A stretch of DNA of 42,600 nucleotides from Candidatus Binatia bacterium (lineage in GTDB: Bacteria > Desulfobacterota > Binatia > UBA1149 > CAITLU01), in assembly GCA_046261745.1 (NCBI GenBank), contig JBHEOD010000012.1:1-42600 (forward strand), written 5' to 3'. Numbering within the stretch: the first letter of the stretch is position 1; every line of letters starts with the position of its first letter. Below, one piece after another: positions 13,860 to 22,552 of this stretch. A program made the position numbers and the translations under genes. The notes beneath the pieces were generated by a model, which saw only the letters and a list, made by a program, of their open reading frames with translations, ran no database searches and had not been told where the DNA came from.

Positions 13860-14411
13860 TCAGGCGTTGGTGGCGCCTTGCTGCAACAGGCGCTCGAGCG
13901 GTGTGCCGCCGCGGTGCATCTCCAGCAGCCGGTCGGGATCGTACTCGACGCCGATCGGATTGAGCGCGAAGGCGCCGCTGCGGAACCACGCGTCCAGCTC
14001 CTGGTTGGTCGCGAAGTTGTCGATCTGAAGCTCGACGCGCGTGCCGTCCGGATCGCTGTAGTACATCGAAGTGGTCGGCCCGTGATTGATGCACCAGCCC
14101 GGCACGATGCCGGCCGCCTTGAGCCGCTCGTAGGTGCCGAGCAGGTCGTCGAGGCTGCGATACGTGAAGGCCACGTGGTCCACGCCGGCCGCCAGCGGAT
14201 TGAGATCCTCGAGTTGGGGAAGGTTGACGAACGCGACGCGGTGATGCTCGTCGTCGTAGGTGAGGAAGGTCAGCATCGCGTCGGCGAAGACCGGCGCAGC
14301 CCCGAGCACCGTGCTGTACCACTGGACCATCGCGTCGTAGCGCGGCGTGCGAAAAACGAGGTGGGCGAGCTTGGCCGGCGAAACCGGCCTCGCAGCGGGA
14401 TTCTCAGTCAT
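13860..14411 (-). CDS. VOC (glyoxalase / extradiol dioxygenase) family protein, BphC-III-related size class
   Basis: 183 aa. 'LAHLVFRT', 'HHRVAF', 'GVDHVAFTY', 'HGPTTSMYYSDPDGTRVELQ'. Its start overlaps the TetR stop by 8 nt. Confidence 0.85.
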   Translation of the reverse strand: MTENPAARPVSPAKLAHLVFRTPRYDAMVQWYSTVLGAAPVFADAMLTFLTYDDEHHRVAFVNLPQLEDLNPLAAGVDHVAFTYRSLDDLLGTYERLKAAGIVPGWCINHGPTTSMYYSDPDGTRVELQIDNFATNQELDAWFRSGAFALNPIGVEYDPDRLLEMHRGGTPLERLLQQGATNA

Positions 14412-15159
14412 GCGTTTCTCCTGGCAGTTGGGCGGCGGCCTCGCCGGGCGCGACGGCCAGCCCTTTCATGAGGATCTCGAGCACCCAGCGAGAGTGCGCT
14501 TCGATCACGTCCGGATCGTGCGTGGCGACATTGTAGAGTCGCGACAAGAGCGGCGCGGCGCCGAAGAAGTGCACCGTGGCGCCGATGGCGATGCTCGACA
14601 GGTGCGCCGCCGGCACCGGACGAATGCTGCCGGTGGCTATTGCCGCATCGATGAAGCGGTCGAGCCGGGAGTGCAGCGGACCGAGATGGCGTTCGACGAG
14701 CCAGTCGAACCTTGCACCGCCTGAACGAAGCTCGTTCAGGATGATGAACGTGTGCGCGGGGTGCCGTGCGGTAAAGCCTGCAAACTCTCGAAGCAGTTTC
14801 TGCAGCGCGTCGACGGGCGCGAGTTCGGCGGCCGATTCCTCGAGCCGGTCCATGCTGCGCTGGAGATCGTCGAACGCGTGATCGACGGCCGCCCGCCACA
14901 GGTTCTCTTTCGATCCAAAGTGGTAATGCACGAGCGGGTGGCCGATCGAGGCCGCCTTCGCGATGGATGGAATGGATGCACCGTCGAAGCCGTCACGCGC
15001 GAACAGGTCGAGCGCCGCTTTGAGAATGGCCTGGGCCGTCGCGCCGTTGCCGGTCGTCGATCGCACCGGCGCTTCGACGGCGCGGGAGGCGGCGGCCGTG
15101 CGGCCTCCCGTCGTGGAAGTCTTCGCACGCGTGGCGACGGTGGGGGCCGCGTTCTTCAT
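14404..15159 (-). CDS. TetR/AcrR family transcriptional regulator
   Basis: Start at MKNAAP. HTH region 'ILKAALDLFARDGFDGASIPSIAKAASIGHPLVHYHFGSKENLW'. The 673-aa track ORF is a run-on of this frame. Confidence 0.9.
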   Translation of the reverse strand: MKNAAPTVATRAKTSTTGGRTAAASRAVEAPVRSTTGNGATAQAILKAALDLFARDGFDGASIPSIAKAASIGHPLVHYHFGSKENLWRAAVDHAFDDLQRSMDRLEESAAELAPVDALQKLLREFAGFTARHPAHTFIILNELRSGGARFDWLVERHLGPLHSRLDRFIDAAIATGSIRPVPAAHLSSIAIGATVHFFGAAPLLSRLYNVATHDPDVIEAHSRWVLEILMKGLAVAPGEAAAQLPGETHD

Positions 15160-16973
15160 GCGACGGCTTCCTGCAAGGCCGGGGCGAGTGCCAACACGAC
15201 GCGGATCGTATCTTCGAGAACCGCCCGAGCCTCTCGCGCGCCTGCGGCCTGCCCGGCGTGGCGCCAGGCCACGTGGCCGTCGGGTCTGACGAGCAGCGCG
15301 CCGCCCGCGTCGAGTCCGCTGACAGCCGCCCAGGTGCCGCAAGCATCGCTCCACTCGCCGGCGGCGCCGCCGCCGATCACGGCGAGATCGATGTCGAGAC
15401 CCGACTCGAGCACCAGCGCACGCACGGCGTCGATCCACGCGGCACCGAGCGGATCGGTGATCAGCGTGAAGCGCCCCGGGCGCGCGACATCGTGGGTGGA
15501 CACGCGATGTCCCAGCTTCTCGACCCACGCGTGCGGCAATCGAGAGCCGGGCCGTGCAACGGGAGTGTAGACGCGCACGTCGAAGGGAGGCGCGTCGGAG
15601 CCGTCGCCGACGACAGCGCCGGTCTCGTAGCGAAAGCCGAGATCGAGCCCGCCGAAATCGAAATGCTCCGCCTGCGACTGGATCACCTCGTGAAGCTCGC
15701 GGCGCTTGGTGACGGCCGCGTCGCCGTCGCCGTCGAGGCCGAAATCGACGCGGTCGTCGGCGTCGCCCATCACCACCACGGGATCGACGGCGGCGAGAGT
15801 CGACACGCCGAGCACCATGTCGACCTCCATCATTCGCATCGCGTTGCGCACGCTCTGGTCGCTGTTGGTCTGCGCCACCGGGCGCCTCTCGGTCTCGTAG
15901 CTGTCGAGCAGGCCGGCGCCGGCCCTCCCGTGCACGACGGCTGCGAGCTTCCACGCGAGATTGTGTGCGTCCTGGATGCCGGTGTTCATGCCGAGTCCGC
16001 CGGAGGGTGGAAAGCGGTGCGCGGCGTCTCCGGCCAGGAATACGCGGCCTTTGCGGTACCGGTCGGCAAGCTGCGCACTCATGTTCCAGTTGCCCACGGA
16101 AGTGATGCGGAACGCGGCCGAAGGATCGCCGATGGCATCGCGCACGAGGCGTTCGGCAATTTCTGCGGGGAAGTCGTCGGCCGTGTGCGGGTCGTCGTAC
16201 GGCACCATCAGCGCCCATGTGCGCGCGAGGTCGAAGCCGATGATCACGCCGCGCGTACGTGCGCCGGCGATCCAGAAGAGCGGGCCGGTGCGTCCGGCGA
16301 TCCAGCGTTCGAGATTGGCCTCGAAGTAGATCGAGACGAACTTCTGCAGCGACGAGGGTCCCACCATCTCGATTCCGAGCCCGCGGCGCACGCGGCTGCC
16401 GGCGCCGTCGCAGCCGACCACCCACGCTGCCATCACGTGGGATTCACTGCCGTCGCGTTCGCGGATGTCGAGCCGTACGTCGCCGCCGCGGTCGCTTACC
16501 GCGACCACTTCGCTGTCGAAACGAACCTGCGTTCGCGCTGCATGCCGGACGAGGCCGAGCAGCAGCGGCTCGAGGCGGTTCTGCGCCAGATTCACAATCG
16601 ACGTCGGGCTGAGTGCGAGACGTTCGACAAGGGCCCCCGCATTGCCTCCCTGCAGCGAGATGCGTCCGAGTTCGCGGCCGGCGAGGCTCTCGCACCACGT
16701 GATCCATCGAAGCAGCATGGGAGGGGCGGCGGCTTCCTGGATGGCCGCCGCGATGCCCAGCTCCCGAAGAATCTCCATCGTGCGCGTGTTGATGACGTGG
16801 GCTTGCGGGTCGCGATGAAGAGCGGTGCGACGCTCGAGGACGCAACTCGTGACGCCGAACCGGTCGAGCAGCGCCGCCAGCACGAGGCCGACCGGACCGG
16901 CGCCGACAATGGCTACGTCGACGGCCGTCGAGCGGTAAGAGGAAGGATGGGCGGGGTTGGGCGGGTCGGTCAT
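15156..16973 (-). CDS. FAD-dependent aromatic-ring monooxygenase (PheA/TfdB-type hydroxylase)
   Basis: Start at MTDPPN. 'VAIVGAGPVGLVLAALL' and 'VFLAGDAAHRFPPSGGLGMNTGIQDAHNLAWKL'. It has a 4-nt ATGA overlap with the TetR start. Confidence 0.9.
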   Translation of the reverse strand: MTDPPNPAHPSSYRSTAVDVAIVGAGPVGLVLAALLDRFGVTSCVLERRTALHRDPQAHVINTRTMEILRELGIAAAIQEAAAPPMLLRWITWCESLAGRELGRISLQGGNAGALVERLALSPTSIVNLAQNRLEPLLLGLVRHAARTQVRFDSEVVAVSDRGGDVRLDIRERDGSESHVMAAWVVGCDGAGSRVRRGLGIEMVGPSSLQKFVSIYFEANLERWIAGRTGPLFWIAGARTRGVIIGFDLARTWALMVPYDDPHTADDFPAEIAERLVRDAIGDPSAAFRITSVGNWNMSAQLADRYRKGRVFLAGDAAHRFPPSGGLGMNTGIQDAHNLAWKLAAVVHGRAGAGLLDSYETERRPVAQTNSDQSVRNAMRMMEVDMVLGVSTLAAVDPVVVMGDADDRVDFGLDGDGDAAVTKRRELHEVIQSQAEHFDFGGLDLGFRYETGAVVGDGSDAPPFDVRVYTPVARPGSRLPHAWVEKLGHRVSTHDVARPGRFTLITDPLGAAWIDAVRALVLESGLDIDLAVIGGGAAGEWSDACGTWAAVSGLDAGGALLVRPDGHVAWRHAGQAAGAREARAVLEDTIRVVLALAPALQEAVA

Positions 16974-17012
16974 GGGGTTCCCCCGGGCGGAATGCCGGGG
17001 ATAGTCAGGTGT

Positions 17013-17030
17013 CTTGACAGATCTGTCAAG
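17013..17030. promoter_or_regulatory. Perfect 18-bp palindrome; candidate TetR operator overlapping a TTGACA -35 element
   Basis: cttgaca-gatc-tgtcaag, 40 nt upstream of the monooxygenase ATG. On the minus strand TTGACA is followed, 17 nt later, by GACTAT. Confidence 0.5.
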
Positions 17031-17384
17031 GGTCGTGCCGCCGCCTTGGGTGCTGAATTTCAAGGTTGGCCAGCGACCACGAAACCCCGGACTCGTTGCC
17101 GAGCGTCTTGATTCAGACCAGCGCTGTCCGCAGGGATCTCTCCCCACGGCGCGGCGATCGCCGGTCTGTGGTCGGAAGTCGTCCGACGATCGCCTTGACG
17201 CACTCCGTCATCCTAAGGATTTCATGCGGATGTAGTTGTGGACGTAGTGCGAGCGTGGTTGCCGGCGTAGTATGCATGGGCACCGGATCGGCGATGCTTG
17301 CTCCGGTTCTTCCATCGTTTTGACTACGGTTTGCGGAACGGCACATATGCTGCGGATGAAGGGTGAGGTTCGGGAGGGAGAACG

Positions 17385-17954
17385 ATGAGCGATCAGGACA
17401 GCTTCATCGATTTCTATGAGGTGCTGGAGATCAGCAGCAGCGCCCATCCGGACACGGTTGCGCGTGTCTACCGGCTGCTCGCCCAGCGCTTCCACCCGGA
17501 CAACCAGGAAACCGGCGATGCCGAGCGCTTCACCGCCATCCTGCAGGCCTACAAGGTTCTGAGCGATCCGGAACTGCGGGCCCAGTTCGACGTCCACCAC
17601 CAGCAGCAGAAGTCGGTCAAGTGGCGCCTGTTCGATGCCAGGGAGGCATCCGGCGGCATTTCTTCAGACCGCGAAATCCGCTTCGGCGTGCTCAGCCTTC
17701 TCTACAACAAGCGAAGGCGCGACCCTGAGCATCCGGCGATCCCGATGTTCGAGATCGAGAGCCTGCTCGGAATTCCTCGCGAGCATCTCGAGTTCAGTTT
17801 CTGGTTTTTGCGGGAAAAGGGCCTGATCGCGCGCACCGACGGGGGAAGCTGCACGATCACGGCCGCTGGCGTGGAGTACCTGGACAACAACGGACTGCAG
17901 GAGCGCGCGAAGATCGTCGCGGGCCTTCCTGCCGGCGGTCGCGGGCCTCGTTGA
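17385..17954 (+). CDS. J-domain protein (class III) with a winged-helix-like C-terminal domain
   Basis: 'DFYEVLEISSSAHPDTVARVYRLLAQRFHPDNQ...FTAILQAYKVLSDPELRAQFD' carries the HPD motif. There is no G/F or Zn-finger region. The tail reads 'LLGIPREHLEFSFWFLREKGLIARTDGG'. GGGAGGGAG lies before the ATG. Confidence 0.88.
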   Translation: MSDQDSFIDFYEVLEISSSAHPDTVARVYRLLAQRFHPDNQETGDAERFTAILQAYKVLSDPELRAQFDVHHQQQKSVKWRLFDAREASGGISSDREIRFGVLSLLYNKRRRDPEHPAIPMFEIESLLGIPREHLEFSFWFLREKGLIARTDGGSCTITAAGVEYLDNNGLQERAKIVAGLPAGGRGPR

Positions 17955-18050
17955 CGGGACGCGCCAGCTCGGCGCTTGAGTGCGGCCATAGCCGCACGAA
18001 GGGGAGGGAACCGGCTTTGGGGCGCAAAGCCTGAATGCCGGTGAATTGCC

Positions 18051-19922
18051 ATGGCTAAAATTCTCGGCATCGACTTGGGGACGACGAATTCGGTCATGGC
18101 CGTCTGGGACGGTCGCGAGCCCCGGCTGATCGCGAGCCAGCAGGGCAGTCGCCTCACTCCGTCGGTGGTCGCGTTCGGCGCCAACGGCGACGTCTTCGTG
18201 GGCGAGGTCGCGCGCCGCCAAGCCGTGGCCAATGCGCGCTGCACGATCTTTTCCGCCAAGCGTTTCATCGGTCAGTCATTCGACTCCGTCTCCGCGGATC
18301 GCCAGGCCGTGGCGTATGAGATTGCCGAGGGCGACCAGGGCGAGGTCCAGATCGTTGTCGGCGAGCGCCGCTTCTCGCCCGAGCAGATCTCCGCCCACGT
18401 GCTTCGCGAACTCAAGAAATCCGCCGAGGCCTTTCTCGGCGAGCCAGTCGACGGCGCGGTCATCACGGTGCCCGCCTACTTCAACGACGCGCAGCGCACC
18501 GCCACCAAGGAAGCCGGCCGCCTGGCCGGCCTGGACGTCCGCCGCATCATCAACGAGCCTACCGCGGCCGCGCTCGCGTACGGACTCGACAAGAGCAACG
18601 AGAAAGTCGTAGCGGTCTACGACTTTGGCGGCGGCACCTTCGACGTCTCTGTGCTTACGGTCGGCCAGGAGGTCATCGAGGTGATCGCCACCCACGGCGA
18701 CACGCATCTCGGCGGCGACGATATCGACGCACGCATCGTCGCGTGGCTGCTCAAGCACTTCGAAACCAAGACCGGCGTGCACATCAACGGCGACGCCACG
18801 GCCCACCAGCGCCTGCGCGAAGCTGCCGAGTACGCCAAGATCGACCTTTCCACCCGCACCGCCACCGAAATCAACCTTCCGTTCCTTGCCGCCAACGCCA
18901 GTGGGCCGGTTCATCTCGAGGTGGAGCTGTCACGATCCGAACTCGAGGCGATGATCTCGGATCTCGTGGACCGCACGTTGTCCTCCTGCGTGCAGGTTCT
19001 CTCGGATGCCGGCAAGCAGCCGTCCGAGATCGACGAGATTGTTCTCGTCGGAGGCTCTTCGCGAATCCCTCTCGTTCAGCAGCGCGTGGCGGCATACTTC
19101 CACAAGGAGCCCCGGCGCACGGTCAATCCCGACGAGGTCGTCGCGCTGGGCGCGGCCGTCCAGGCCGGTGTCATCAGCGGCGAGGTCAAGGGCCTCGTGT
19201 TGCTCGATGTGACTTCGCTCTCTCTCGGCGTGGAAACCCACGACGGTCTCACGGCCGTCGTCATTCCACGCAACACCACCATTCCCACCGAGGCCATGCG
19301 CACGTTCACTACTGCCACCGACGGGCAGACCAGTGTCGAAGTGCACGTGGTCCAAGGCGAGGCGGAGCAGGGCCGCCTCAACGACTCGCTCGGACGCTTC
19401 GACCTCGACGGCCTCGGCGCGGCTTCGGCCGGCACGCCGCAAATCGACGTCACCTTTGCGATCGACATCAACGGCATGGTCAAGGTGAGCGCGCGCGATC
19501 GCAATACCGGCCGTACGCAGACCGTGTCGGTTTCGGCGCGCACGGCGGTGGCCAGAGAACCGGCTCTCGGGGATGCGCGGGGGGCCGCCACCGATGAGTA
19601 CGAAATGGACCGCAATACGGCCCGCGAGATGGACGGCGATGCGCCCCGCCAGATGGACCGCGAGTTGGTGCAGGACGCGACCCGCGATACCGGATTGCCG
19701 TCGGCTGCCCAGGCGGTCCTTCACGACGCCGAGCAGATCCTCGGTCAGCACGGCAAGGCGCTCGCCGGCATCGAGCGTACCAGCATCGAGCAAACCGTCG
19801 AGCAACTGCGCGAGATGCTCGACGGACACGCCTCGTTGTCCGAAGTGGATCGATCGCGGACAGCACTGCGCGAAATGCTCAACCGTGCGAAAGAGTCGTT
19901 GCTCGCGCGCATCGTTCGATGA
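18051..19922 (+). CDS. Hsp70-family chaperone (DnaK paralogue-like) with a divergent C-terminal lid
   Basis: 623 aa. Motifs 'GIDLGTTNS', 'VPAYFNDAQRTATKEAGRLAGL', 'DFGGGTFDVS', 'LVGGSSRIP', and the linker 'LLDVTSLSLG'. Confidence 0.93.
   Translation: MAKILGIDLGTTNSVMAVWDGREPRLIASQQGSRLTPSVVAFGANGDVFVGEVARRQAVANARCTIFSAKRFIGQSFDSVSADRQAVAYEIAEGDQGEVQIVVGERRFSPEQISAHVLRELKKSAEAFLGEPVDGAVITVPAYFNDAQRTATKEAGRLAGLDVRRIINEPTAAALAYGLDKSNEKVVAVYDFGGGTFDVSVLTVGQEVIEVIATHGDTHLGGDDIDARIVAWLLKHFETKTGVHINGDATAHQRLREAAEYAKIDLSTRTATEINLPFLAANASGPVHLEVELSRSELEAMISDLVDRTLSSCVQVLSDAGKQPSEIDEIVLVGGSSRIPLVQQRVAAYFHKEPRRTVNPDEVVALGAAVQAGVISGEVKGLVLLDVTSLSLGVETHDGLTAVVIPRNTTIPTEAMRTFTTATDGQTSVEVHVVQGEAEQGRLNDSLGRFDLDGLGAASAGTPQIDVTFAIDINGMVKVSARDRNTGRTQTVSVSARTAVAREPALGDARGAATDEYEMDRNTAREMDGDAPRQMDRELVQDATRDTGLPSAAQAVLHDAEQILGQHGKALAGIERTSIEQTVEQLREMLDGHASLSEVDRSRTALREMLNRAKESLLARIVR
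19602..19673 (+). repeat. Degenerate 3 x 24-nt in-frame tandem repeat inside the Hsp70 SBD-lid linker
   Basis: gaaatggaccgcaatacggcccgc / gagatggacggcgatgcgccccgc / cagatggaccgcgagttggtgcag. Copies 1 and 2 match at 19/24 positions. The repeat encodes EMDRNTAR-EMDGDAPR-QMDRELVQ. Confidence 0.45.
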
Positions 19923-21196
19923 TCCGACACAAGATGCTGCGCCCGCTTCTCGTGGCCGCACTGGCCGCGGCATGGGTGGGGACGGCCTCGGCAGCGCCGC
20001 AGTCGATCGCAATTCCCGCCTACTTTTATCCGGTCTTTCCCGATCCGCTCTGGGCGCAGATGGAAGAGTCGGTGCCGACGGTTTCGTTCGCGGTGATGAA
20101 CCCCGCCAGCGGCGCGGGCGCTGCTCCGGACGCGAACTACACCAGCCAGATCGCGGCGACGCGGGCAGCGGGCGTGAAGATCATCGGCTACGTGACTTCG
20201 AGCTACGCCACGCAGACGCTGGCGGCAGTCAAGGCCGAGATCGACAACTACTACGCCTGGTACGACGTGGACGGCATCTTCATCGACGAAGCGGACAATA
20301 ACTGCGTGACGCAGCCGTACTATTCCGAGCTCGACGCGTACACGAAGGCCAAGGGCGGCCTCGGCCTGACGGTGATCAATCCCGGCACCACGACGCCGGA
20401 GTGCTTCGCCACGGCCGCGGACGTGATCCTGAATTTCGAAGGCTCGTACATGCAGTACCAGTCCTGGGCTCCTCTGGGATGGGAGGCGGGGTACGACGCG
20501 AGCCGCTTTTGGCACCTGGTGTACGCCACCGACGAGGCCGACATGCCCATGGCCGTGCTGATGAGCCAGGCTCGGGGCGCAGGCTACGTGTACGTCACTC
20601 CCGACATGCTGATTCCGAATCCGTGGGACTCCCTGCCCGGCCCGTCCTACTGGGCCACCGAACTCGCGTACGTGCAGCCGATCGACGGAGCTTGCCCGGC
20701 GCCCATCACCAAGCCCAAGCTACAGGTGCGAGGCCTCGACACTCCGGGCGACGACGATTCGATGAAGTTCGCCGGACGGTTCACGCTGGCGGGCACACCC
20801 GCGGTCGATCCGGTGGCCGACGGGCTGCGCGTGGTGATCGGTGACAGCGGCGGCTCCGCCGCCGACGTGACGATTGCGCCGGGCGTGTACGCGGGCGAGT
20901 CCGGCTGGATCGTCGGGAACAATCGCTGGGTCTACCGCGACGACAGCGAGACTCCGGCCGACGGCATCACCAAGGTGATGCTCAAGAGGAAAGCAGGCGA
21001 CGCGTCCGCGCACTTCACGTTCCGTGTGACCGCGCCCGAAGGCGCGTTCGCGGTGAGCGCGGCCGAGCTGCCGCTCACGGGAGTCTTGCTGCTGGCGCCT
21101 GCCCAGCCGACCACGAACTGCGCGACCGCGACGTTTCCCGGTCCCAAGCCGACCTGCGTCGTCACCGGCGGCGGCAGCGGCATCCGTTGCCGGTAG
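19919..21196 (+). CDS. Secreted spherulation-specific family 4 (spherulin-4 / GH135-like) protein with an unassigned Cys-containing C-terminal domain
   Basis: Signal peptide MIRHKMLRPLLVAALAAAWVGTASA|A. 'IPAYFYP....W', 'AVMNPASG', 'GYVTSSY', 'VDGIFIDEA' and 'INPGT' are typical of the family. The ATG overlaps the Hsp70 TGA. Confidence 0.8.
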   Translation: MIRHKMLRPLLVAALAAAWVGTASAAPQSIAIPAYFYPVFPDPLWAQMEESVPTVSFAVMNPASGAGAAPDANYTSQIAATRAAGVKIIGYVTSSYATQTLAAVKAEIDNYYAWYDVDGIFIDEADNNCVTQPYYSELDAYTKAKGGLGLTVINPGTTTPECFATAADVILNFEGSYMQYQSWAPLGWEAGYDASRFWHLVYATDEADMPMAVLMSQARGAGYVYVTPDMLIPNPWDSLPGPSYWATELAYVQPIDGACPAPITKPKLQVRGLDTPGDDDSMKFAGRFTLAGTPAVDPVADGLRVVIGDSGGSAADVTIAPGVYAGESGWIVGNNRWVYRDDSETPADGITKVMLKRKAGDASAHFTFRVTAPEGAFAVSAAELPLTGVLLLAPAQPTTNCATATFPGPKPTCVVTGGGSGIRCR

Positions 21197-21200
21197 CGCG

Positions 21201-22349
21201 TCAGGCCTTTACTTGCTCGAGGGCCCAGTCGAGCCACGGCAGCAGCGCTTCGATGTCAGAGCGCTCGACGGTGGCGCCGCCCCAGATCCGCAGCCCCGGC
21301 GGTGCATCGCGGTAGCCCGCGATGTCGTAGGCCACGCCTTCCTTGTCGAGCAGGGAGACCATCTTCTTGATGGCCGCCGCGCGTGCGTCGGCGTCGAGGT
21401 TTTCGAACCACGGATCGACGACGTTCAGGCAGATGGACGTGCACGAGCGCGTCTTCGCATCGCCGGCAAGAAACGCGAAGGTGCCCGACGTTTTCACCCA
21501 CGCGGTGATCGCCGCAAGGTTGCTCTCCGAACGCGCAACCAGGCCCTCCACGTTGCCGACGCTCTCGGCCCACGCGAGCGCATCGAGCGCGTCCTCCACG
21601 CACAGCATGGACGGCGTGTTGATCGTGGAGCCCTGGAAGATCTCCTCGTCGAGCTTGCCCTTCTTGGTCATGCGGAAGATCTTCGGCATCGGCCACGACG
21701 GTGTGTAGGTCTGAAGCCGTTCCACGGCGCGCGGCGACAGTGCGATCATGCCGTGTCCGCCCTCTCCGCCGAGAACTTTCTGCCAGGACCACGTCACGAC
21801 ATCGAGCTTGTCCCACGGCAGGTCCATCGCGAAGACCGCCGACGTGGCGTCGCAGATCGTAAGGCCCTTGCGGTCGGCCGGGATCCACTCGCCGTCGGGC
21901 ACGCGCACGCCCGAGGTCGTGCCGTTCCACGTGAACACGACGTCGTTGTCGAAGTTCACGCTGGCGAGGTCGGGTATTTCGCCGTAGCCGGCCTTGAGGA
22001 TACGCGGCTCGAGCTTGAGCTGCTTGGTGACGTCGGTGATCCAGCCTTCGCCGAAGCTTTCCCAGGCCATCATGTCGATGCCGCGCGCGCCGAGCAGGGA
22101 CCACATGGCCATTTCGACGGCGCCGGTGTCGGAGCCGGCGACGATGCCGAGGCGAAAGTCCTTCGGCATGCCGAGCACGGACTTGCTGCGCTCGATGACG
22201 GCCGCGAGCTTCTCCTTGCCGATCCTGGCGCGATGCGAGCGGCCGAGGGCGGCGTCGCCGAGGGCCTCGAGGCTCCAGCCGGGGCGCTTGGCGCAGGGGC
22301 CGGAGGAAAACTGGGGACGGGCGGGTCTGGCGGCAGGCTTGCTGGACAT
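21201..22349 (-). CDS. serC: Phosphoserine aminotransferase
   Basis: Start re-picked at MSSKPAARP, with AGAGG 6 nt upstream. '[12 protein letters not shown]', '[13 protein letters not shown]' (PLP Lys), 'STINTPSML'. Confidence 0.9.
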   Translation of the reverse strand: MSSKPAARPARPQFSSGPCAKRPGWSLEALGDAALGRSHRARIGKEKLAAVIERSKSVLGMPKDFRLGIVAGSDTGAVEMAMWSLLGARGIDMMAWESFGEGWITDVTKQLKLEPRILKAGYGEIPDLASVNFDNDVVFTWNGTTSGVRVPDGEWIPADRKGLTICDATSAVFAMDLPWDKLDVVTWSWQKVLGGEGGHGMIALSPRAVERLQTYTPSWPMPKIFRMTKKGKLDEEIFQGSTINTPSMLCVEDALDALAWAESVGNVEGLVARSESNLAAITAWVKTSGTFAFLAGDAKTRSCTSICLNVVDPWFENLDADARAAAIKKMVSLLDKEGVAYDIAGYRDAPPGLRIWGGATVERSDIEALLPWLDWALEQVKA

Positions 22350-22552
22350 CGGAACCTCTGGTGTTGGCATGGGCGCGTGCTCGCGCTCCGCCGGACGCTG
22401 TCGTCCTGTAGGCGAGGCCGCCCGCTCCCCCGGCGTGAAAAGTAAGGCGCCTTCATGGCCTCGTCGGCGTGCGGATTCAATGAGGCGAAGGGGCGCGACC
22501 GCCGGGCCGTGGCGCACTGGCCCTGAGTGGGCTTCTCCGCTACAGAACGGCC

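Noticed and set aside
14404-16425. 673-aa ORF spanning the TetR gene and most of the monooxygenase region.
   Set aside because: Only the C-terminal 251 aa (from MKNAAP, 15159) look like a protein (TetR). The upstream part is an Arg-rich off-frame read through the monooxygenase gene.
16974-18050. CIRCE (TTAGCACTC-N9-GAGTGCTAA) or sigma-32-type heat-shock control upstream of the J-protein and Hsp70 genes.
   Set aside because: No CIRCE-like inverted repeat is present. CTTGAC...CCTAAGGAT near 17193 does not fit sigma-32 spacing or the -10 consensus.
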